From NCBI GenBank assembly GCA_002421785.1, contig DIRZ01000003.1, forward strand, positions 30,001-62,000: 32,000 nucleotides of DNA. The letters run 5' to 3'. The DNA comes from Candidatus Saccharimonadota bacterium (GTDB taxonomy: Bacteria; Patescibacteriota; Saccharimonadia; Saccharimonadales; Saccharimonadaceae). A program made the translations under genes and the position numbers. Under the pieces are notes generated by a model. That model was not told the DNA's origin, did not search any database, and saw nothing but the letters and a program-made list of their open reading frames with translations. This document shows positions 26,308 to 32,000 of the stretch, piece by piece; positions within the stretch are counted from its first letter, which is position 1, and each line of letters opens with the position of its first letter.

Positions 26308-26400
26308 ACTCTAATAAAAGTATCATTCTATTTTTGTGATGCTTACGGTAGAATGTAACTAGGACAACATGCAGGTGTCATAAGTAGCCAAGGAGGTGCT

Positions 26401-27021
26401 ATGCAAGATCAGAATCAACCCAATAATCAGCCGCTAGGGCAGCCATCACCAACTCCAGAGCAGGCTCCTGCTCCCGCTCCAGTGCAGCCTCAGGCCACAT
26501 CGGTCGCTCCATCATCATCAGCGCTTGGCGTTATTTCGCTCATCGCAGGTATCTTGGCATTTTTGACCGGATTCTTGTGGTTCCTCAGTGTTCCACTCGG
26601 TATTGCTGCGGTCGTTTTGGGTGTATTTGCAATCAAGAAGCTTTCGGGCAAGGGTATGGGTGTTGCCGGACTGGTACTCGGTGCTATTGGCCTGTTGTTT
26701 GGCCTAGGTATGCTTCTCTTTACCGTCGTTCTTGTCAGTAGTCCTGATGTACAGAAAGCTATCGAAGAGTCTTCGTCAGAAGCATCTTCATCAGTCTCAA
26801 GCGCAGACTGGGATGCAGACGCAGCATACGAGAAGATCACTACTGGTATGACTAAAGCTGAAGTAGAGTCAATCACAGGTAAGGCGTCGGACGATTGCTC
26901 AGCCAGTGAATCACAATTCGGTAAAACGGAGTTCTGTACTTACGGTAACTACATTACCGACGGTGCAAGTATCTCAGTGAGCTATATGGACGACAAAGTC
27001 AGCTCAAAGACTAAACTATAA
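26401..27021 (+). CDS. DUF4190-type membrane protein with Pro/Gln-rich N-terminus and small extracytoplasmic C-terminal domain
   Basis: Gly-rich paired TM helices (GVISLIAGILAFLTGF..., GVAGLVLGAIGLLFGLG). C-terminal ITTGMTKAEVESITGK fold-like motif with a Cys pair. AAGGAGG RBS. Confidence 0.75.
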   Translation: MQDQNQPNNQPLGQPSPTPEQAPAPAPVQPQATSVAPSSSALGVISLIAGILAFLTGFLWFLSVPLGIAAVVLGVFAIKKLSGKGMGVAGLVLGAIGLLFGLGMLLFTVVLVSSPDVQKAIEESSSEASSSVSSADWDADAAYEKITTGMTKAEVESITGKASDDCSASESQFGKTEFCTYGNYITDGASISVSYMDDKVSSKTKL

Positions 27022-27040
27022 ATTGCGTATAAATAGAAAA

Positions 27041-27071
27041 TACACCCACTATACGGTGGGTGTATTTATTT
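27041..27071. terminator. Bidirectional rho-independent terminator (DUF4190 gene and tRNA-Tyr)
   Basis: TACACCCAC/GTGGGTGTA stem, 6-nt loop, with A-run and T-run on either side. Confidence 0.7.
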
Positions 27072-27155
27072 GGTACCGGAGGTAGGACTCGAACCTACGA
27101 ACCTAAAAAGGGGGAGATTTACAGTCTCCTGTCATTGCCGCTAGACGACTCCGGC
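27071..27155 (-). tRNA. tRNA-Tyr(GUA): tRNA-Tyr (anticodon GTA), class II long variable arm, CCA encoded
   Basis: Acceptor GCCGGAG/CTCCGGT, anticodon loop CTGTAAA, 14-nt variable arm, T-arm GTAGG-TTCGAGT-CCTAC, discriminator A. Confidence 0.9.
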
Positions 27156-27203
27156 GCAGATTGTAATCCATACATGCACCAACGAAACTTCGTTGACACA
27201 TCG

Positions 27204-27280
27204 TGGAGCCGCTTTACGGATTCGAACCGTAGACCTGCTGTTTACAAAACAGCTGCTCTAACCAGCTGAGCTAAAGCGGC
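27204..27280 (-). tRNA. tRNA-Thr(UGU): tRNA-Thr (anticodon TGT), CCA encoded
   Basis: Acceptor GCCGCTT/AAGCGGC, anticodon loop TTTGTAA, T-arm TACGG-TTCGAAT-CCGTA. Confidence 0.93.
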
Positions 27281-27336
27281 ATATTATAAAAAGGTACATC
27301 ACCAAGTTTATCCTATGTTCCCCTATTTGACAAGGG

Positions 27337-27993
27337 TTACATGACCACTTTGCGGACTTGATGGATCTGCTTTGTGAGTGGATTTTTTGAGTTTACTGCA
27401 GACGCAATTCGTTCACGGATTTCGAGTGCCTTGTCTTCTTCGCCAATTCGGCTATACGCGTCGGCAAGAATGTGGTAGCTCTGGACACTTGGATCAATCT
27501 GAACTGCTTTTTCGAGGGACTCGATCATCTTCTTGTGGTGCCCAAGCTTTTCTTGCACTTTCGCGTAGGCAATATGCCGTGCCGCGAGTGAATCTTCGAT
27601 AGCCAGGGCTTGTTCGAACGCGAGCGCTGCTTTTTCATAATGGGCTGTCTCGAAGTAAATCAGGCCTACGTTATGCAGGCTGCTGGCGCTTGGCTCGAGG
27701 CTTTGTGCAATCTCAAAACATTCAATGGCGTCGCTATATGCCTGCTGTTTTGCATACAGTATGCCAAGTCGGTTGTACGCTGTGGCATTCTTTTCATCGA
27801 CACGCAAGATAGTTAGGAGGGCTTTTTCAGCACGCAGGTATTTACGATCACGGAGTGATTCCTGTGCGATATCCCATAGTTTATCAAGCTTCCCTGATAA
27901 TTTTTGCGGAATATCAGCAACGACCTCATCAATTGTCTGTTGGCGTGTTATAGCCCAGACACAGAGTGCAACAACAAGGAGTAGTCCTAGCAT
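27337..27993 (-). CDS. Membrane-anchored tetratricopeptide (TPR) repeat protein
   Basis: N-terminal TM (MLGLLLVVALCVWAI) followed by several 34-aa TPR-like repeats (AYNRLGILYAKQQAYSDAIECFEIAQSLEP and others). Confidence 0.8.
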   Translation of the reverse strand: MLGLLLVVALCVWAITRQQTIDEVVADIPQKLSGKLDKLWDIAQESLRDRKYLRAEKALLTILRVDEKNATAYNRLGILYAKQQAYSDAIECFEIAQSLEPSASSLHNVGLIYFETAHYEKAALAFEQALAIEDSLAARHIAYAKVQEKLGHHKKMIESLEKAVQIDPSVQSYHILADAYSRIGEEDKALEIRERIASAVNSKNPLTKQIHQVRKVVM

Positions 27994-28002
27994 ATAAGTT
28001 TA

Positions 28003-28827
28003 TTATACCACAACCGTGGCGAGCTGCAGCTTTACGTTCCCATTTGCGGCGATACGATCATAAGCCGTTGCGAGTTGGTCGGCTGTGACAATAAGCGCGC
28101 GAGGGTCGTTGTTCTTCATGCTGTGCGCGAGGATAGTCTGGGCTGCGGTGATGAGCTGTAGCGCCCCCTGGCGGTCATTCTGGTACTTTGCTATCACGCT
28201 GAGTTTCGCGTGTGCATCGCCCTGCAGTAAATCCCGCGCATCCGTAATACTATGAATACGCTCAGCAAATTCTCCACTACCCGATGCTAGTCGTATCAGT
28301 TCCGCAGGACGGCCGCTGGCAAGAAAGAGCAGCTGATTCATTTGCTTTTCATCAGCAACGCCGAGCGAAGTTAGGAGCGCACGGGATTCCTCGGTGCTGA
28401 TACGACGCAGCGTATGACGTTGTACTCGTGACAGGACTGTGGCTAGCAATTTATTGCTGTGATGGCTAGTGAGAATAAAGTGGACATTTGGTGCTGGCTC
28501 TTCAAGCAGCTTCAGGAAGGAGTGCTGGGCTGCGGCGACCATCTTGTCTGCATCATCGATGATAAATATTTGACGAGATAATGTCTTGCCTTTCGTGGCA
28601 TCGTACAAGCCGCGGATTTGCGTGGCTTTTATGCTTCCCTTTAGCGTGTCGATGGTACCATTTTTGTCGGTGGGCAGCACGATGCTTGCAAGCTGTTTGC
28701 CTGCCAAGTGAGTGGCTATCGTGAGCAGCCCTATGCCAACGGGACCATCAAGTAGGAGCGCATGCGGCAGCGTATCGCGAAGTCGTTCGATGTTGAAGCT
28801 TGTCTTATTATAAATCGGCGACGTCAT
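28003..28827 (-). CDS. holB: DNA polymerase III subunit delta prime
   Basis: HALLLDGPVGIG, FIIDDADKM...AQHSFLKLLEEP and TVLSRVQ blocks. Start at 28827 (GAGGTG 5 nt upstream); the ORF extends to 28854. Confidence 0.85.
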   Translation of the reverse strand: MTSPIYNKTSFNIERLRDTLPHALLLDGPVGIGLLTIATHLAGKQLASIVLPTDKNGTIDTLKGSIKATQIRGLYDATKGKTLSRQIFIIDDADKMVAAAQHSFLKLLEEPAPNVHFILTSHHSNKLLATVLSRVQRHTLRRISTEESRALLTSLGVADEKQMNQLLFLASGRPAELIRLASGSGEFAERIHSITDARDLLQGDAHAKLSVIAKYQNDRQGALQLITAAQTILAHSMKNNDPRALIVTADQLATAYDRIAANGNVKLQLATVVV

Positions 28828-29986
28828 TGTACACCTCTGGGAAGAACTGTTCATACGTCTTTGGGACTGGGGCGATGAATGTTTGGCGTACGCCTAGGGC
28901 TGTTGTTACTACTAGCTTATATGCATGGAGGAATAGGCGTTCGGCGACCTTACCGTATACCCTATCGCCCCGAATAGGCGTACCAAGGTATGTCAGATGT
29001 ACGCGGAGCTGGTGTGTACGACCGGTAAGCGGGTGGAGCGCGACGAGGCTTTTGCCGCCTGCGGTATCCAAAACCTCATAGTCTGTAACGGCGGCCTTAC
29101 CCTTGCTGTCGGCGCGGAATGTGCTTGGCGCGCTCGGGTTACGCCCGATAGGTACATCGATTTTTGCTTTGAGCTGCTTGGGTGTACCCTCAACAACAGC
29201 CACATAATATTTTTTGGCCTTACGGTCAGCGAATTGTTCTTTAAGAAGCGCGAAGCTTTCGGGTGTGCGTGCACCAATGATAACTCCGCTTGTGTCGCGG
29301 TCTAGCCGATGCACAATACCTGGGCGATTGGTGTCGAGCCCGACGGTTGTATAGCGCCGGAAGAAGTCTGCAACAGTGAACTCATCGTTGAGGGCGCCCT
29401 TGCTATGAGTCAGAACTCCCGCGGGCTTGTTGACGACAATAACGTCATCATCTAAGTATATAATTGGTAGTTCATGAGCGCTAAAGTCAATGCTATCAGG
29501 TACGTTAATCGCAATACTATCTGCTTCGGTAACGTCCTGTTTTGCATTTTTCGCTGGCGTGCCGTTTACAGATACATGACCCGCTTTGATGTGTTTTTGC
29601 CATGTGCTACGGCTAACTTCAGGGTGTCGCTCCGCGAGTAATACGTCGAGCCGCTGCTTACCGCTGATGAGCTGGAATAAATACGCATCCTTGCCCTTAA
29701 ACGGCAGCCCGTAGGTGGTAAGCTCGCTCGTGGGGTTTTCGAGAATGACACCTTCGGCATCGCTCTTTGCAGTATAGATTTGACGCATGATGTAGCTGCT
29801 GTCGTCTTCGGCTGCCTCATCAAATAACACGTAGTAATGGTGTCGATTAAATCGAAACGCTATCAGCTGATTTGTAGGGCTGGGGTTGCTTTGTTTGACA
29901 TGTTCGATATGGCGGGGTACGTTGCTGTCGTCGGCCACGCGGAATCGACGGAGGATCGCAAGGAGGTCGCTGCTCGTGACTTTCAT
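28808..29986 (-). CDS. RluA-family 23S rRNA pseudouridine synthase (RluD-like) with about 110-aa N-terminal extension
   Basis: S4 domain (QRLDVLLAERHPEVSRSTWQKHIKAGHVSVNG). Catalytic HRLDRDTSGVI. The ATG overlaps the trpS stop (TAATG). Confidence 0.88.
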   Translation of the reverse strand: MKVTSSDLLAILRRFRVADDSNVPRHIEHVKQSNPSPTNQLIAFRFNRHHYYVLFDEAAEDDSSYIMRQIYTAKSDAEGVILENPTSELTTYGLPFKGKDAYLFQLISGKQRLDVLLAERHPEVSRSTWQKHIKAGHVSVNGTPAKNAKQDVTEADSIAINVPDSIDFSAHELPIIYLDDDVIVVNKPAGVLTHSKGALNDEFTVADFFRRYTTVGLDTNRPGIVHRLDRDTSGVIIGARTPESFALLKEQFADRKAKKYYVAVVEGTPKQLKAKIDVPIGRNPSAPSTFRADSKGKAAVTDYEVLDTAGGKSLVALHPLTGRTHQLRVHLTYLGTPIRGDRVYGKVAERLFLHAYKLVVTTALGVRQTFIAPVPKTYEQFFPEVYNDVADL

Positions 29987-31110
29987 TAGGCGCGTAACCC
30001 AACTGCTTTTTGAACGCGAAGCAACGTTGCGTTAGCAACATCATTCATGGCGCGTTCGCTTGATTCGAGTTTAGCTACTATCGCTTCATCATTGACGTCA
30101 GCCAAGCGTTCCTGGAAGCCGCGCAAAAAGGCTGCCATCTCCTCGGCAACGACTTTTTTGAAGTCACCGTAGCGTTCCTGTCCTTCGAACTCTGCCGCAA
30201 CTTCGGCAACTGGCTTACCGCGCAAAAGCGCAAGGATATCCAGTAGGTTGCTAATGCCTGGTTGTGTGGTTTTGTCGTAATGAATGCTCGCGAGGTTGTC
30301 GGTAGTAGCACCCATGATTTTTTTGACCGCTTCTTCAGGGCTGTCGCTCAGGAATATCACGCCCTTGCCTGTTTCATCGCTTTTGCTCATTTTTTTGCTT
30401 GGGTCGAGCAGGTCTTTGATGCGTAGGCCTTGGTCTTTGCCAAAGAATTCGTGTTGCTTGGCAACAGGTTCTGGCACGACGAACAATTCACCGAACTTGC
30501 TATTCATACGCTCTGCGATATCGCGGGTAAATTCAAGGTGCTGCGTTTGATCGTCGCCAACGGGCACGTACTGCGCGTTATAGAGCAAGATATCGCTTGC
30601 CATGAGGACCGGGTAGTCGAACAAGCCAACACTCACTGTACCCGCATTGTTCAAAAGTTGCATAGTTGCTTTGCGGGTTTCTCTATCAACAACATCCAGC
30701 GCCCCCGCCTCTTTTAAGGTGGTATTTGCAAACTTCGCAGACTTGTCTTTGAATTGTGTCATGCGGCTCATTTCACCAAATCCAGTAAAGCTGTTTAGGA
30801 TAATAGTTAACTCACTGTGCGCGGGCACGTAACTCTGGCGGTAAAGGTGGATGGAGTCGTTATCAAGGGGCAAGCCGGCTGCTGCATATACCCGGGCATT
30901 ATTCATAATTGATTCATATAGCTTGCTGTGATCAACGGGTGTCGTGAAGCTATGGAGGTCAGGGATGAAAAAGTTGACATCATATTCTGCTGAGCGAGTT
31001 TTCGCCATATCGATAATCGGCATCATCGCGCCAAAATAGTTACCGATATGGAGGTCGTTGTTGGCACGTATGCCGGTGAGAATTACTGGTTTAGTCATAG
31101 TTGTTTCCAT
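29986..31110 (-). CDS. trpS: Tryptophan--tRNA ligase
   Basis: HIGH-type motif (NDLHIGNYFGA), YPVLMASDILLY, VPVGDDQTQHLEFTRDIAERMN and KMSKS. The ATG at 31110 overlaps the upstream stop (TAATG); the ATG at 31098 is also possible. Confidence 0.95.
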   Translation of the reverse strand: METTMTKPVILTGIRANNDLHIGNYFGAMMPIIDMAKTRSAEYDVNFFIPDLHSFTTPVDHSKLYESIMNNARVYAAAGLPLDNDSIHLYRQSYVPAHSELTIILNSFTGFGEMSRMTQFKDKSAKFANTTLKEAGALDVVDRETRKATMQLLNNAGTVSVGLFDYPVLMASDILLYNAQYVPVGDDQTQHLEFTRDIAERMNSKFGELFVVPEPVAKQHEFFGKDQGLRIKDLLDPSKKMSKSDETGKGVIFLSDSPEEAVKKIMGATTDNLASIHYDKTTQPGISNLLDILALLRGKPVAEVAAEFEGQERYGDFKKVVAEEMAAFLRGFQERLADVNDEAIVAKLESSERAMNDVANATLLRVQKAVGLRA

Positions 31111-31814
31111 TATAGCGTAATTTCCTCTGGCATGCTCGCCTTAAAGCCTAGGTAGTCGGTTAGTTTCTTGTATGAATTCTCTCCTGTCATGATGGGCACA
31201 AAGCCAAGAGCGTTCATTTCGAAGTTGACAAAGGTTGTCGCTTGCTCGGACGTCACCTCATTTTTGTAGATTTTATCGATCATCGTGAAGTGCTGTTTTG
31301 CGATATGTGGTGCATTGCCATCTATGAAGTTGTGTAGATCCTGACTTATGGCGTCGAGTACTGCGGAGGTAATGTGGTGGTTTGGCACTTCATATCCAAT
31401 GACATTGTCGCCGAGCGTTGCGACATCGCTGAGCGAGTGGACTGTCAGGATAGTATCGATATGGCTGGCGCCCAGGAAGCGTCGTCGCATTGCCCCGTCG
31501 AGTCCACCCACGATGAGGCAGTTTGGCTGCTGGCAACTGGTCGTGTGCATGTCGAGTACGACATCGGGCTTAGTGTGCCCAATGTAGTCGCTAATCTCGC
31601 GGGCACGCTGTTCTTCGTAGCGTGTGCCCCTGCTGCCGTAGCTACGGTTTAGGTCGCAGTCAATGTAGCGCGTCCGTGCAGCGAGCGCGCGCGGGTTGGC
31701 AATAATGAAATCGATATACTCGAGTAGCGGGGAGCGCTGCTGCAGAAGCCGTTGGTACAGCTTGATACCGAGCAACTCGTTGCCGTGTGTTGCGGCGATG
31801 ATGAGAATTTTCAT
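31110..31814 (-). CDS. Succinylglutamate desuccinylase / aspartoacylase (AstE-AspA, M14-like) family zinc hydrolase
   Basis: MKILIIAATHGNELLGIKL (H-x-x-E zinc site) and VVLDMHTTS (second His). No SD upstream. Confidence 0.65.
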   Translation of the reverse strand: MKILIIAATHGNELLGIKLYQRLLQQRSPLLEYIDFIIANPRALAARTRYIDCDLNRSYGSRGTRYEEQRAREISDYIGHTKPDVVLDMHTTSCQQPNCLIVGGLDGAMRRRFLGASHIDTILTVHSLSDVATLGDNVIGYEVPNHHITSAVLDAISQDLHNFIDGNAPHIAKQHFTMIDKIYKNEVTSEQATTFVNFEMNALGFVPIMTGENSYKKLTDYLGFKASMPEEITL

Positions 31815-31850
31815 GGAGTGATTGTCTTTCTGGTAAGTATTGATAATGAT

Positions 31851-31874
31851 AAAAAGTCGCCTAATGCGGCGACC
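31851..31874 (-). terminator. Rho-independent terminator 36 nt upstream of the astE-like gene
   Basis: GGTCGCC-GCATTA-GGCGAC(T) stem-loop followed by TTTTT on the minus strand. Confidence 0.7.
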
Positions 31875-31895
31875 AACTGTCTTTAGAGAAGAAAA

Positions 31896-31964
31896 TCACC
31901 AAGAACACAGGCCGCCACACGCAGTTCCTGGACCCCAGTACCGATGATTGTGTATGCAGCTCAT
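31896..31964 (-). CDS. 22-codon ORF MSCIHNHRYWGPGTACGGLCSW. Either a leaderless leader peptide or the C-terminal end of a gene entering from beyond the window.
   Basis: ATG 6 nt after a TATAAT box. TGA stop 21 nt before the terminator hairpin. The frame has no stop upstream to base 32000. Confidence 0.3.
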   Translation of the reverse strand: MSCIHNHRYWGPGTACGGLCSW

Positions 31965-31970
31965 ATTACT

Positions 31971-31999
31971 ATTATACGACGCTATTGTGCTTGTGTCGA
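31971..31999 (-). promoter_or_regulatory. Putative promoter at the right window edge
   Basis: TCGACA (31999-31994), 17 nt, TATAAT (31976-31971) on the minus strand. Confidence 0.45.
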
Positions 32000-32000
32000 T

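Noticed and set aside
27060-27269. 69-aa plus-strand ORF
   Set aside because: It spans the antisense of tRNA-Tyr and tRNA-Thr, so it is not coding.
31851-31999. T-box riboswitch for tRNA-Trp upstream of the trpS operon
   Set aside because: GUGUGGCGGCC loosely resembles the GGUGGNACCGCG T-box core and contains UGGC, which is complementary to the GCCA end of tRNA-Trp. However, the leader is only about 110 nt, I cannot find a Stem I/specifier-loop architecture, and the core match is poor.
1-32000. CRISPR arrays, IS elements, integrases, prophage or tandem repeats
   Set aside because: I found no regularly spaced direct repeats, no terminal inverted repeats, and no transposase, integrase or phage-like ORF. 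The only paralogy is the two pilin genes.

Overview
Gene-dense bacterial window (roughly 50% GC, about 40 real genes and 4 tRNAs). No rRNA, CRISPR array, transposase or integrase was seen. Recognisable housekeeping genes are secE-nusG, rplK, rpmG, trpS, an RluA-family pseudouridine synthase, holB and yajQ, plus tRNA-Trp, tRNA-Tyr and two tRNA-Thr.

The left 5.5 kb is a cell-envelope block. It holds a secreted LysM-CHAP hydrolase, a VanY-type D,D-carboxypeptidase that looks frameshifted, two tandem type IV pilins and several orphan genes.

An alpha-glucan toolkit lies in two blocks. One is a GT35 phosphorylase plus a debranching-like enzyme at 13.3-16.5 kb. The other is a GGLG glycosyltransferase, GH57, GH15 and an orphan at 19.0-24.1 kb.

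Other notable genes are an LPXTG-anchored PKD/DUF11 surface protein behind a consensus promoter, a stand-alone VKOR, an MscS channel and an orphan membrane histidine kinase. This gene content suggests a small-genome, Gram-positive-type, possibly Saccharibacteria/CPR-like epibiont, but that is inference only.

Most interesting observations:
1. A promoter, a 22-codon ORF and mutually exclusive 1:2, 2:3 and 3:4 hairpins lie just upstream of the operon containing trpS. This is a candidate attenuator, with the caveat that the frame is open to the window edge.
2. A GC-rich structured spacer at 13.06-13.27 kb has a strand-diagnostic terminator.
3. The secE-nusG-rplK cluster is split by two orphan genes, and rplK is monocistronic with no rplA beside it.
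4. About eleven genes have a -10 box 6-8 nt before the ATG and no Shine-Dalgarno sequence, suggesting leaderless mRNAs.
5. Two GC3-rich orphan genes flank the LysM-CHAP gene.
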